A stretch of DNA of 64,000 nt from an uncultured virus (IMG/VR IMGVR_UViG_3300044639_000797) (IMGVR_UViG_3300044639_000797); one strand, 5' to 3'. Shown: positions 1-9,312, numbered from the stretch's first letter. The notes: generated by a model not told the origin, from the letters alone. Numbers and translations are program-made.

Positions 1-2
1 TA

Positions 3-1466
3 CAGTATACTTATATCCCCGGTTTCGGTGCTTATGGCTACGGGCTTATTCATCTTATTGGTGGCTTTGCTAAATCTGCAACTTCTATTGTCAGACAGTT
101 AATTGATGCAGGTACACTAAGTAACCTGCCCGGAGGCTTAAAATCTAGGGGTCTTAGGATTAAAGGTGATGATACTCCGATCATGCCGGGTGAATGGAGA
201 GACGTTGATGTTCCATCTTCTAATATTAAAGACAACATATTACCGCTCCCTTATAAAGAACCAAGCCAAACACTATTCACACTATTACAGAATGTAGTAG
301 AAGAAGGCCGTAGATTAGCAGCAGTTGCTGATGTTAAGCTGGATAACATGAATGGAGAGGCGCCAGTAGGTACTACACTGGCTATCTTGGAAAGAACTCT
401 AAAGGTGATGTCGGCTGTTCAGGCTCGTGTTCACTACTCGATGGAGCAAGAGTTTAAGTTAATTGCAGCGTTGGTAAGAGACTATACTGCCCCTGCTTAC
501 GACTATATGCCAGAGTTTGATGCTGAACCCTCAGCTAAGAAAGAAGACTACGATAAAGTTGATATTATTCCAGTCTCTGATCCAAATGCTAGTACTATGG
601 CGCAAAGGATCATTCAGTACCAAGCAGCTATCCAGTTAGCCCAACAATCTCCACAAATATATAACTTACCTGTACTACATCGACAAATGCTTGAAGTTAT
701 GGGCATTAAAGACGCGGATAAGATCGTTATTGTGGAAGAAGATCAAAAACCAACTGATCCTGTAACAGAGAATATGGACATTCTTAAAGCTAAACCTGTA
801 AAAGCGTTCATAGAACAAGACCACGATGCGCACTTAACAGTGCATAACAGTATGCTAACTGACCCTAAGATAGCGGCAGCAATGGGGCAAAACCCTCAAG
901 CTTCTGTCATAAAACAGGCGTTAATGGCACATATCATGGAGCATGTGGGCTTCCAATACCGTAGAGGTATAGAGACTCAATTAGGGACTACATTACCTCC
1001 AGAAGATGCAGAGTTAAGCCCTGAAATGGCAGTACAACTGGCAAAACTATCTGCTGATGCAGCTAAACAACTACTACAAGCGAACCAAGCTGAACAAGCC
1101 CAACAAACGGCTCAACAGCAAGCACAAGACCCTGTAGTACAGATGCAGCAGAAAGAGTTACAACTTAAACAGCAAGAACTCAATGATAAGAAAGAGATCG
1201 AGCTTAAAAAGATGGATACTCAGAAAGAGATAGCGATGTTGAACAACGAGGCTAAATTGCTGGTACAAAATGAAGATGCTAAGGTTCAAGGTCTATTTAA
1301 AGGGTTAGATATGGCGACTCAACAAATAGAAGCGCAAAGACAAGCTGCGGTTCCACCTATGCCTTTAGCTGGGCCACAAGGGGCTCCAGCAGCGCCTCCA
1401 CCACCACAAGGAGCGCCAGCACCTCCACCACCGCAACAGGCGCCTACGCCTAGGGGGCCTCTTTAA
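3..1466 (+). CDS. Portal protein, C-terminal part (5' part is at the window end)
   Basis: Frame is open from nt 3 (QYTYIPGFGAYGYGLIHLIGG...LIDAGTLSNLPGG) into the listed 427-aa ORF. Long Q-rich coiled coil and Pro-rich tail. Follows terL when the window is circularised. Confidence 0.85.
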   Translation, partial: QYTYIPGFGAYGYGLIHLIGGFAKSATSIVRQLIDAGTLSNLPGGLKSRGLRIKGDDTPIMPGEWRDVDVPSSNIKDNILPLPYKEPSQTLFTLLQNVVEEGRRLAAVADVKLDNMNGEAPVGTTLAILERTLKVMSAVQARVHYSMEQEFKLIAALVRDYTAPAYDYMPEFDAEPSAKKEDYDKVDIIPVSDPNASTMAQRIIQYQAAIQLAQQSPQIYNLPVLHRQMLEVMGIKDADKIVIVEEDQKPTDPVTENMDILKAKPVKAFIEQDHDAHLTVHNSMLTDPKIAAAMGQNPQASVIKQALMAHIMEHVGFQYRRGIETQLGTTLPPEDAELSPEMAVQLAKLSADAAKQLLQANQAEQAQQTAQQQAQDPVVQMQQKELQLKQQELNDKKEIELKKMDTQKEIAMLNNEAKLLVQNEDAKVQGLFKGLDMATQQIEAQRQAAVPPMPLAGPQGAPAAPPPPQGAPAPPPPQQAPTPRGPL

Positions 1467-1467
1467 C
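1452..1467 (+). promoter_or_regulatory. RF2(prfB)-type programmed +1 frameshift site AGGGGG-CCT-CTT-TAA-C
   Basis: Internal SD 3 nt upstream of a CTT-stop-C shift site, the same layout as E. coli prfB AGGGGG-TAT-CTT-TGA-C. The +1 frame is open to 1815. Confidence 0.8.
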
Positions 1468-1815
1468 TTTGCAGAAGGAGGGGTAGCGCACTCTGATTAT
1501 GATATAGAAGCCTATAATAACGCGGTTAGAGCAGGACAAATAGAAGATACCATGGCGAGTGGAGGCCATGGACCTGACACTTTTAAACTACCTAACCATC
1601 CAACTTTTTCAGAAGAAAGTATGCACTCCACATCAGAAACTCCGGGAGGCAAATGGCAAAAAGGGGGTAATGATAGGTGGTATTTCCATCCTTCGGAGCA
1701 TAATTTAAAAAATAGGCCCCCTGAAGAACTAAGTAAATATTTTATTAATAAAGAGAAAAAAGGAACTCACTTAGTGCTACCCACAGGCCAACTTATTGAA
1801 GGAACTAAAGAATGA
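1465..1815 (+). CDS. Conserved-looking phage domain (DYD...PDTFKLPNHPTFS), probably translated as a +1 frameshift extension of the portal
   Basis: Frame reads NFAEGGVAHSDYDIEAYNN... for 29 codons before the ATG at 1552, which lacks a well-spaced SD. Confidence 0.7.
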   Translation, partial: NFAEGGVAHSDYDIEAYNNAVRAGQIEDTMASGGHGPDTFKLPNHPTFSEESMHSTSETPGGKWQKGGNDRWYFHPSEHNLKNRPPEELSKYFINKEKKGTHLVLPTGQLIEGTKE

Positions 1816-1997
1816 AAACTGTACTAGATGTACTGCGTAGAGATCTTGAAGATGAGATAGTTGCTCATATGGACGCCCTTGCAAAAGGGCGTGTTGAGGA
1901 CTTCCCAGCTTACAAATTATTGGTAGGGACTTTATCGGGTCTGTCCTTAGCTCTTAATCGTTTAAAAGACCTGCAAAAAATCGAGGAAGAAAATTAA
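1812..1997 (+). CDS. Small hypothetical protein, head module
   Basis: Overlapping start/stop coupling with both neighbours. Confidence 0.7.
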   Translation: MKTVLDVLRRDLEDEIVAHMDALAKGRVEDFPAYKLLVGTLSGLSLALNRLKDLQKIEEEN

Positions 1998-2395
1998 TGA
2001 GTACCAAAGATATAGGAAATATAGATACGGATGCCACTATCGAAAAAGGGGAGTCATTAGCTGACCGCTTACCAGATCCGGTAGGTTACAAGCTTTTATT
2101 GATTAAACCTAAGATAGTGGATAAAACAGCAAGCGGTATTGAAATGCCAGACGCTTTCAAAAAGAAAGAAGAGGCAGGTGCTGTAGTTTGTATGGTGCTT
2201 AAAGTAGGCAACATGGCTTATGAAGATAAAGTAAAATTCCCAACAGGTCCTTGGTGTCAAGAAGGTGATTTCGTGTTAATTGGAGCATATCGTGGTTCAC
2301 GGTTCTCTGTTGATGGGGAAGAGTTCATCTTAGTAAATGATGACATGATTGAAGGTACAGTTGCTGACCCACGTGGCATTAGCCGCGCATACTAG
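1997..2395 (+). CDS. groES: GroES/Cpn10-family co-chaperonin
   Basis: PVGYKLL...KTASGIEMPD mobile loop, VLKVG, GDFV, F.VDGEEFILVNDD.I.G motifs. Confidence 0.85.
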   Translation: MSTKDIGNIDTDATIEKGESLADRLPDPVGYKLLLIKPKIVDKTASGIEMPDAFKKKEEAGAVVCMVLKVGNMAYEDKVKFPTGPWCQEGDFVLIGAYRGSRFSVDGEEFILVNDDMIEGTVADPRGISRAY

Positions 2396-2403
2396 GAGGA
2401 TAA

Positions 2404-3303
2404 ATGGCTGAAGAATACGAAAACGAAGATATTGATGTAGATCTTGATGGAGGCGATGATTACGAAGTTGATATCGTAGACGATACTCCTGAAGAAGATC
2501 GAGGTAGAACTAAGTTAGCTGATGCAGAGGACGATGACGATGATGAGTTAGAATCATACTCTAAAGGCGTTCAAAAGCGCATTAATCAGATAAACCATAA
2601 GTACCACGATGCTAAACGTGAGAAAGAAGCGTTAGAAAGACAGAACGCCGAAGCTATTCGTATAGCTCAAGCTATTCTTGCAGAGAATGAGCAGTTAAAA
2701 AGCACACTTAACTGGGGGCATCAGGAGTATACGAAGGAAGCTCAAGGCCGTTTAGAATACGCACATAAAATTGCGCAGGATAAATACCGTCAAGCTTTTG
2801 AAACGGGTGATACAGATGGAGTACTTGAAGCACAGGAAGAGTTAAGCGAATTAGCCAATCAAAAACGGCAGTTAGCTAACTTGGTGCCGCCTGTACAACA
2901 AAAAGCTTTACAACCACAAAGTAATGATGTATATATTCCACCATCAGTGCCAGAAGCGCCACCAAGAGACTATAAAGCCGAGAGCTGGGCTGGAAAGAAT
3001 CCATGGTTTGGTAAAGATGAAGAGATGACCGCCTTCGCTTATGGACTGCACGAAAAATTGGTTAAATCCGGTGTAGACCCTACCTCTGACGAGTATTATC
3101 AGCGAGTAGACTCCCGCATACGGGAAGTATTCCCAAAGAACTTCGACAAAAAGAAATCTTCACCAGTGGCATCGGTAGGTAGAACTACCGCACCTAAAAA
3201 AGTCACTCTGAACACATCTGAAGTCGCTATAGCAAAACGTCTTGGAGTACCTTTAGAGGTATACGCCAAGTATAAAGTAAAGGAGCAACAACTTAATGGC
3301 TAA
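2404..3303 (+). CDS. Putative capsid scaffolding protein
   Basis: Acidic N-terminus, coiled coil, C-terminal helix IAKRLGVPLEVYAK. Located between portal and capsid genes. SD AGGAGG. Confidence 0.6.
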   Translation: MAEEYENEDIDVDLDGGDDYEVDIVDDTPEEDRGRTKLADAEDDDDDELESYSKGVQKRINQINHKYHDAKREKEALERQNAEAIRIAQAILAENEQLKSTLNWGHQEYTKEAQGRLEYAHKIAQDKYRQAFETGDTDGVLEAQEELSELANQKRQLANLVPPVQQKALQPQSNDVYIPPSVPEAPPRDYKAESWAGKNPWFGKDEEMTAFAYGLHEKLVKSGVDPTSDEYYQRVDSRIREVFPKNFDKKKSSPVASVGRTTAPKKVTLNTSEVAIAKRLGVPLEVYAKYKVKEQQLNG

Positions 3304-3757
3304 CGTACAAATTGACAGAGCACCACGCTCTACAGAAACACGCGATAAAGAAGTTCGTCCAGTATCATGGAAACCTGCGCATGATTTGCCAGCTCCAGAC
3401 CCACAAGATGGCTACGTGTTTCACTGGAAAAGAGTTTCTATGATGGGGGTGCCTGATCCAGCGAATATGGCTAAGGCCAAACGCGAGGGGTGGATACCTT
3501 GTCAAGCGGAAGATCATCCTGAGTTATTGTCTGACTTTGCTGCCTTTGGTTTAAAACCCCAAGGGTTGATTGAAATTGGTGGACTTGTTTTGTGTAAGAC
3601 TACTGTCGAGAACTCAACCTCTCGTAAAGAGTATTATGCTAATATGTCCAGAGCGTCTGTGGAGTCTGTTGATAACAACTTCTTGCGCGAAAATGATCCT
3701 CGGATGCCCCTTTTCTCTGAAAAAGCATCTAAAGTGTCTTTTGGTCGCGGTTCCTAA
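3296..3757 (+). CDS. Head-module hypothetical protein
   Basis: Coupled ORF in the head operon. Confidence 0.7.
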   Translation: MANVQIDRAPRSTETRDKEVRPVSWKPAHDLPAPDPQDGYVFHWKRVSMMGVPDPANMAKAKREGWIPCQAEDHPELLSDFAAFGLKPQGLIEIGGLVLCKTTVENSTSRKEYYANMSRASVESVDNNFLRENDPRMPLFSEKASKVSFGRGS

Positions 3758-3796
3758 ATAATTAGGGCCGTGTTGAATCTTATTTAGGAGTTTTTT

Positions 3797-4519
3797 ATGG
3801 CATATCCTAGCAACGTCGGTCCCTACGGTTTTCTACCGAATACCTTAGAAGGCTTTCAGCCTTACGCTGGTGCAACTCGGTATTTACCGATTGCGTCTGG
3901 CTACGCAAAAAATATTGGTTATGGCGACCCTGTGTCTCTATTAGCTGATGGTACTATCGCACGTGTAGATTCATCTACTGGAGCTAAAACTGCTTGGGCT
4001 ATTAACCCAATCGGTATCTTCTTAGGTTGCTCTTACACTAGCCCAACTTTAAAATACAAAGTTTTCTCACAATACTGGCCTACTGGAACTTCTGCTTCTG
4101 ATGCCGTTGCTATTGTTGCTGACGACCCACAAATTTTAATGAAGGTTAATTTGACTAATGCTGGTACAGCTTACACTTCTGGTGCTGCTACTCTAGCTGA
4201 TGTTGGTCAAAACATTGGTTACTTCATTCCTACTAACTCAGGTTCTATTGTTGATGGCGTTAATACTGCTACTGGTAACAGCGCCATTTCAGTTGATTTG
4301 GCTTCTAAAAACACTACTGCAACACTGCCTTTGCGCATTGTTAGTATGGTTCAAGAAACTGCATTATCTGACGGTACGTTTGTAGAAGCTTTCGTAGCTT
4401 ATACAGCACCAACAATGACTGCGGCTGTGACTCAATCAGGTACTACTCCATTTGCTGTTTCAGCTGTGGCTATTACTGTCGTTGGTGGTCACGCATATCG
4501 CAACCCTGTCGGCATTTAA
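3797..4519 (+). CDS. Putative capsid decoration/minor head protein
   Basis: Thr/Ala/Gly-rich, beta-strand-like composition. Immediately upstream of the MCP. SD AGGAG. Confidence 0.55.
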   Translation: MAYPSNVGPYGFLPNTLEGFQPYAGATRYLPIASGYAKNIGYGDPVSLLADGTIARVDSSTGAKTAWAINPIGIFLGCSYTSPTLKYKVFSQYWPTGTSASDAVAIVADDPQILMKVNLTNAGTAYTSGAATLADVGQNIGYFIPTNSGSIVDGVNTATGNSAISVDLASKNTTATLPLRIVSMVQETALSDGTFVEAFVAYTAPTMTAAVTQSGTTPFAVSAVAITVVGGHAYRNPVGI

Positions 4520-4531
4520 GGAGTTTAACTA

Positions 4532-5446
4532 ATGGCTGCTATTTCACGCGCGCAACTACTAAAAGAACTACTTCCCGGTCTTAACGCTCTGTTCGGTTTA
4601 GAATATGATCGTTATGGTGAGAAGTATAAAGAAATCTTCGAAACTGAATCATCTGATCGTTCTTTCGAAGAAGAACAAAAACTGTCTGGCTTTGGTGCCG
4701 CTGCGGTTAAAAACGAAGGCTCAGGTATTACGTATGACAATGCGCAAGAAGCTTGGTCTACTCGCTACACCCACGAAACTATCGCTCTGGGCTTTTCTTT
4801 AACTGAAGAAGCTATTGAAGATAACTTGTATGACTCATTGTCTGCTCGTTATACAAAAGCATTGGCTCGCGCTATGGCGTACACCAAAGAAGTTAAAGGC
4901 GCTGCTGTACTAAACAATGCATTCAACTCCAACTATACTGGTGGTGACGGCAAATCTTTATGTAACAGTGCACATCCTTTAGTTTATGGCTCAACAATTT
5001 CTAACGTACCAGCTACACCAGCTGATTTGAACGAAACTTCATTGGAAAATGCGGTTATTCAAATTGCCTTGTGGACTGACGAACGTGGTTTATTGATTGC
5101 TGCTAAACCTAAAAAATTGGTTCTACCTCCTGCATTACAATTCGTAGCAACTCGTTTGTTAGAAACTGAATTGCGTGTTGGTACAACTGACAATGATGTG
5201 AACGCTCTTAAGAACAACGGTTCAATTCCCGGCGGCTATACTGTTAACCCATGGTTGACTGATACAAATGCTTGGTTCTTGTTAACTGACGTTCCAAACG
5301 GTCTGAAACATTTCGTTAGAACTCCATTAGCTACATCAATGGATTCGGACTTTGACACCGGAAACTCTCGCTATAAAGCGAGGGAACGCTATAGCTTCGG
5401 CTTTAGTGATCCTTTAGGTGTTTTTGGTTCAGCTGGTTCAGCTTAA
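4532..5446 (+). CDS. Major capsid protein (HK97 fold, Mu gpT-like family)
   Basis: 304 aa with MAAISRAQLLKELLPGLNALFGLEY, KNEG..I.YD, P.KLVLPPALQF and DFDTGN.RYKARERYSFG motifs. Strong SD, followed by a terminator. Confidence 0.9.
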   Translation: MAAISRAQLLKELLPGLNALFGLEYDRYGEKYKEIFETESSDRSFEEEQKLSGFGAAAVKNEGSGITYDNAQEAWSTRYTHETIALGFSLTEEAIEDNLYDSLSARYTKALARAMAYTKEVKGAAVLNNAFNSNYTGGDGKSLCNSAHPLVYGSTISNVPATPADLNETSLENAVIQIALWTDERGLLIAAKPKKLVLPPALQFVATRLLETELRVGTTDNDVNALKNNGSIPGGYTVNPWLTDTNAWFLLTDVPNGLKHFVRTPLATSMDSDFDTGNSRYKARERYSFGFSDPLGVFGSAGSA

Positions 5447-5480
5447 TTTATTAAGATAAATCAGTAACTTAGAGTAAATT

Positions 5481-5506
5481 AAGGGCTCCTTCGGGGGCCC
5501 TTTTTT
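5481..5506 (+). terminator. Rho-independent terminator after the MCP gene
   Basis: GGGCTCC-TTCG-GGGGCCC followed by T6. Confidence 0.9.
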
Positions 5507-5618
5507 ATGTCCGACTCGGACACATTTGCGGTTGTGACGCAATCACAAACCTACTATCGAGTATTACCTGTGTCAAAAAATAAAGCTTGTATTATTTTTA
5601 TACTCCTGTATATTACAT

Positions 5619-6230
5619 GTGTCAAAGACCAAACAGGAGATAGCAATGTACAGTCAATACCCAACAACTCGTAAAGAAGCTCAAGAAACTAAAGCAACTC
5701 ATTACTTTACAGGATTACCCTGTAAACATGGACACATAGCCCTGCGTAAAACCAAAGGCACATGCATGGACTGTTTAAAAATAGAATGGGAAGAGACCAA
5801 TGCTAAACGTGCGCTACTACCTAAATCTGAGGCTAGTAAAAAAGCAGGTAAAAAATACTACGAAAATAATAAGGAGCTAGTTAAATCTAAAGCTCTTGGT
5901 CGTTCTTTAGAGGACAGAAAAAGGTATAGGGATAAATGGGCAAAGGATAACCCTGAATTGCGTAAAGCTAATACCAAACACCGTAGAACAAAACATAAAC
6001 AAGCTACACCTAAATGGCTAACTCAAGAACAGAAAACTGCGATTAAACAGTTTTATCTGGACGCTATGGCGGCTACTAGAGTTACAGGTACGCCCTATGT
6101 TGTAGACCATATAATACCTCTACGTGGTAAGCTCGTAAGCGGTTTGCATGTACCGTGGAATTTAGCGGTGATAACCCGTGAAGAAAACCATATTAAGGCC
6201 AACAAATTAATTGACACTCAACCAAAATAA
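5619..6230 (+). CDS. Free-standing HNH endonuclease (start probably the ATG at 5646)
   Basis: YFTG.PC.HGH...C..C zinc motif and VDHIIPL...SGLHVPWNL...EN..K.N. Confidence 0.85.
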   Translation: MSKTKQEIAMYSQYPTTRKEAQETKATHYFTGLPCKHGHIALRKTKGTCMDCLKIEWEETNAKRALLPKSEASKKAGKKYYENNKELVKSKALGRSLEDRKRYRDKWAKDNPELRKANTKHRRTKHKQATPKWLTQEQKTAIKQFYLDAMAATRVTGTPYVVDHIIPLRGKLVSGLHVPWNLAVITREENHIKANKLIDTQPK

Positions 6231-6240
6231 ATGTTATAAG
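6211..6240 (+). promoter_or_regulatory. Putative sigma70 promoter
   Basis: TTGACA-18 nt-TATAAG with TGn extension, at the 3' end of the HNH gene. Confidence 0.55.
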
Positions 6241-6250
6241 GAGTACATAT

Positions 6251-6318
6251 CTGAGAATATTTTTAACTGCCTACTCGACTGACTCAGCAGATCCGCACAC
6301 AACGATAGGCGCAAGTGC
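6251..6318 (+). ncRNA. Candidate pseudoknotted 5' leader RNA
   Basis: Crossing helices CTGAG/CTCAG, GCCTA(C)TCG/CGATAGGC and GCAC/GTGC between the promoter and the RBS. Confidence 0.45.
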
Positions 6319-6333
6319 AATAAGGAATTAAAT

Positions 6334-6792
6334 ATGTCTTTTTCAACTTTTTCTGGTCCAGTTCGCGCAGGTACTGTTAGATATACTACTGGTACTACTG
6401 TTGGTTCTATTGATAACACTGGTCTTGTAGTTTTAGCGCAATCTGCGGCTTTAAGTTTAACTACTAGCACTCCTTTCGTACTCCCTGCAGGTGCACAAAT
6501 CGTAAACATCTTCATTGATGTAACTACTACTTTTACATCTGGCGCAACCTTAGCTGTCGGTAACAGCACAACAGCAGCAGCTTATGTAACTGCAATTACT
6601 ACTCCAGCAGCAGGACGTCAAGCGTTAACTCCAACTGCAGCTCAATTAACAGCTATGAGTAATGTCGGTACTACTGATATGCAAATAGTAGTAACTATGG
6701 CTGGTACAACTGCAACTGCAGGTGATGGTTTTATTACTATCAGTTATATACAAAAAACATCTAGTGGTGCTCAAGATCCTGCTTCTGCATAA
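6334..6792 (+). CDS. Putative virion structural/decoration protein
   Basis: STFSGPV N-terminus, LPAGAQI motif, Thr/Ala-rich. Confidence 0.6.
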   Translation: MSFSTFSGPVRAGTVRYTTGTTVGSIDNTGLVVLAQSAALSLTTSTPFVLPAGAQIVNIFIDVTTTFTSGATLAVGNSTTAAAYVTAITTPAAGRQALTPTAAQLTAMSNVGTTDMQIVVTMAGTTATAGDGFITISYIQKTSSGAQDPASA

Positions 6793-6810
6793 GAAATAGG
6801 TAGGTAGCTT

Positions 6811-7068
6811 GTGGAACATCAAAGAGCTTCAGATCCAGTGATACAAACGGCGCGGGAGCTCGCTACCCACAGTGCGGACATAAAACACTTACAGAATGAC
6901 ATGGACAAAATGATTAAAGATATGGATGAGATAAAAGAAGCCATAAAAGAAATCAGTAAAACCCTGTCTGAAGCTAAAGGTGGGTGGCGTATGTTCATGA
7001 TCTTTGGTGGAATAGGTGCTGCAATAGGTGCTAGTATGTCTTGGATAATAGATCTCGCAAGGAACTAA
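6811..7068 (+). CDS. Coiled-coil protein with a C-terminal transmembrane helix
   Basis: Heptad region followed by KGGW and a hydrophobic segment. Confidence 0.6.
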   Translation: MEHQRASDPVIQTARELATHSADIKHLQNDMDKMIKDMDEIKEAIKEISKTLSEAKGGWRMFMIFGGIGAAIGASMSWIIDLARN

Positions 7069-7069
7069 T

Positions 7070-7336
7070 ATGGCTACTAAAAAAGCTCCTAATTTAGCTG
7101 TTGGTAGAGGTGAAAAACTTCCAGTATCTAAAGGTGCTGGTTTAACTGCCAAAGGCAGAGCCAAGTACAATGCAGCTACAGGCTCTAATCTTAAAGCTCC
7201 ACAACCCCAAGGTGGTCCACGCAAGAAATCATTTTGCGCTAGAATGTCAGGGATGCCGGGGCCTATGAAAGATGAGAACGGCAAACCTACACGCAAAGCA
7301 GCTTCTTTAAAGAGGTGGAACTGTGGTAGTAAGTAA
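7070..7336 (+). CDS. Small basic protein
   Basis: Lys/Gly-rich, RKKSFCARM and SLKRWNC motifs. Confidence 0.7.
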   Translation: MATKKAPNLAVGRGEKLPVSKGAGLTAKGRAKYNAATGSNLKAPQPQGGPRKKSFCARMSGMPGPMKDENGKPTRKAASLKRWNCGSK

Positions 7337-7353
7337 ACTAACGGGAAAGTAAT

Positions 7354-7656
7354 ATGACTCGCCCATCACGCGGTATTTCTGATATACAAGAAAAGGCTAG
7401 AGGAAACAAAATGACTAAGTTAAAAGCGGGCATGGTCCCATTAAAGAAAAAAGATACTCTTAAAGCTAAAGTAACTAAACGTGCTCCAACTCCAGACATG
7501 GCTCAAATAGGTGCTATGCGTTCTGCTGGTTTAGGCGCTGTTCCGGGTTCTCCAACTTCAGCTATGAAAAAAGGCGGATCTTGCAGAGGTATGTACAAAG
7601 GTGGTAGTGTCGATGGCATTACTAAAAAAGGCAAAACTCGCGGGAAGATAATCTAA
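7354..7656 (+). CDS. Small basic KKGG-motif protein
   Basis: MKKGG, MYKGG and C-terminal DGITKKGKTRG. Confidence 0.7.
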   Translation: MTRPSRGISDIQEKARGNKMTKLKAGMVPLKKKDTLKAKVTKRAPTPDMAQIGAMRSAGLGAVPGSPTSAMKKGGSCRGMYKGGSVDGITKKGKTRGKII

Positions 7657-8363
7657 TGGCTACATACCGTAAACCTGCACGAGCTCCTATGGCTAAACGT
7701 GCACCTGCACCAGCTCCTAAGGCTACAACTGGCGGTAATATGGCTAAACGTGCACCTGCACCAGCTCCTATGGCTACAACTGGCGGTAATATGGCTAAAC
7801 CTGCACCTGCACCAGCACCAGCTACAACTGGCGGTAATATGGCTAAACCTGCACCTGCACCTGCACCTGCACCAGCTCCTATGGCTACAACTGGCGGTAA
7901 TATGGCTAAACCTGCACCTGCACCTGCACCAGCTCCTATGGCTACAACTGGCGGTAATATGGCTAAACCTGCACCTGCACCTGCACCTGCACCTGCACCA
8001 GCTACAACTGGTGGTAATATGTCAGGTATGGCTATGGGTGCAACTATGGGTGCAAAACCCGTTGGTACTACTGGCGGTAATATGGCGCTACCTGTTAAGG
8101 GTTCACCGGGAGGTCCAGCAAATACAGGTGTTGTGCCTCCGTCACGAGCTCCTATGGCTACAACTGGTGGTAATATGTCAGGTATGGCTATGGGTGCAAC
8201 TATGGGTGCAAAACCCGTTGGTACTACTGGTGCTGGCGGTTGGAAAAAAGGTGGTAAAGTTAAAACTAAATGCTACGCTAAAGGGGGTTCTGTTAGAACT
8301 TCTGCCTCTTCAAGAGGTGATGGATGTGCTACTAAAGGTCACACTAAAGGAGCAATGCGCTAA
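7656..8363 (+). CDS. Low-complexity Pro/Ala repeat protein with a KKGG C-terminal module
   Basis: MAK(PA)nMATTGGN repeats. C-terminus YAKGGSV...SSRGDGCATKGHTKG. Confidence 0.75.
   Translation: MATYRKPARAPMAKRAPAPAPKATTGGNMAKRAPAPAPMATTGGNMAKPAPAPAPATTGGNMAKPAPAPAPAPAPMATTGGNMAKPAPAPAPAPMATTGGNMAKPAPAPAPAPAPATTGGNMSGMAMGATMGAKPVGTTGGNMALPVKGSPGGPANTGVVPPSRAPMATTGGNMSGMAMGATMGAKPVGTTGAGGWKKGGKVKTKCYAKGGSVRTSASSRGDGCATKGHTKGAMR
7689..8232 (+). repeat. Intragenic tandem repeats
   Basis: Six ATGGCTAAAC...(CCTGCA)n...GCTACAACTGGYGGTAAT units, plus a ~70-nt duplication (about 8001-8073 and 8157-8230). Confidence 0.9.
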
Positions 8364-8884
8364 TGGCTGCAGTAACACGACTTGATAAACCTAAAGCCCC
8401 CTACGCTGAAAGAGAAAACTTATCTTTTATAACTCGAAAAGGCGGTGAACGTGATAGTACATCACGAGTTTCTGGTATGACTAAAAAAGCTGCTATCAAA
8501 CAAGCTAAAAGTGATGCAGAAGACGGTATGGATCGTAATTACGAAGGTATGAAAACAGCGTACGATAAGTACAAATTATCAGAAGACCCTTCATCAAAAA
8601 AAATAACTGAGCAGTTGCGTAGAGGTTCTGTAAAAGCAGAAAAACCACTAAGTAAAGCATTACAAGCTGCGGACGATGCCTATTATGCAACTTCAGAAGA
8701 AGTTGACAGTAGGTTGAAAAAAGAAGCATCCCCTAAACCGGGCGAGTACGACTTTAAAAAAGGTGGTAAAGTTAAGGCTAAACCAATGAAGGCTTTTGCT
8801 AAAGGCGGTTCTGTTAAGTCATCAGCTTCTTCAAGAGGCGATGGCTGTGCTACTAAGGGCCACACTAAAGGAAGGATATACTAA
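8363..8884 (+). CDS. Basic protein with the same C-terminal KKGG module
   Basis: FKKGGKVK...FAKGGSVKSSASSRGDGCATKGHTKG, near-identical to the upstream ORF's tail. Confidence 0.75.
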   Translation: MAAVTRLDKPKAPYAERENLSFITRKGGERDSTSRVSGMTKKAAIKQAKSDAEDGMDRNYEGMKTAYDKYKLSEDPSSKKITEQLRRGSVKAEKPLSKALQAADDAYYATSEEVDSRLKKEASPKPGEYDFKKGGKVKAKPMKAFAKGGSVKSSASSRGDGCATKGHTKGRIY

Positions 8885-9306
8885 TGGCTGGGGGAGGACA
8901 AGGCTACGCAGATGGTGGAATTATAGGTCAAGGGTTTGGGAACCAACAGGCGAACCCAACACCGCAGTTTAATACTCAGAGCGCGTACAATAACTTTGCC
9001 TCTCCTAATTCCAATTTTATGAGTTACCCGCAACAAGGGCAACCTAACCAACCACAGAGTATGTCCAATACGTTACCACCTGTACAAAGTGCTCCTAGTC
9101 CTGATATGGGCGGGGTGTCTCCAAGTAACAATATGGGGTATGATAATAGCGGTAGTGATGCAGGTATAGGTGGACAACCAGTGACTCAAATGCAATCTCC
9201 ATTACAGGGACAACCACCAAGTCTATCTCAGTATATGCCTCAACAAGGACTACAAATTCAGGGCAATCCTACTTCGGTGCCCGTACAACGACCACAACAA
9301 AGGTAA
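8884..9306 (+). CDS. Gln/Pro/Ser-rich disordered protein
   Basis: Coupled ORF with an N-terminal YADGG. Confidence 0.65.
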   Translation: MAGGGQGYADGGIIGQGFGNQQANPTPQFNTQSAYNNFASPNSNFMSYPQQGQPNQPQSMSNTLPPVQSAPSPDMGGVSPSNNMGYDNSGSDAGIGGQPVTQMQSPLQGQPPSLSQYMPQQGLQIQGNPTSVPVQRPQQR

Positions 9307-9312
9307 AAGATC

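Noticed and set aside
5619..6230. HNH gene as part of a group I intron
   Set aside because: It lies after the complete MCP gene and terminator, and no split gene is evident. The same applies to the HNH at 42222.
7699..8385. 228-aa alternative-frame ORF (LHLHLHQLLWLQ repeats)
   Set aside because: It is a shadow of the tandem repeat in the real Pro/Ala ORF, with no RBS or coupling.
8313..8841. RGD integrin-binding motifs in two basic proteins
   Set aside because: They are part of the RG.G.ATKG module (RGTG in a paralog). There is no reason to invoke a eukaryotic target.
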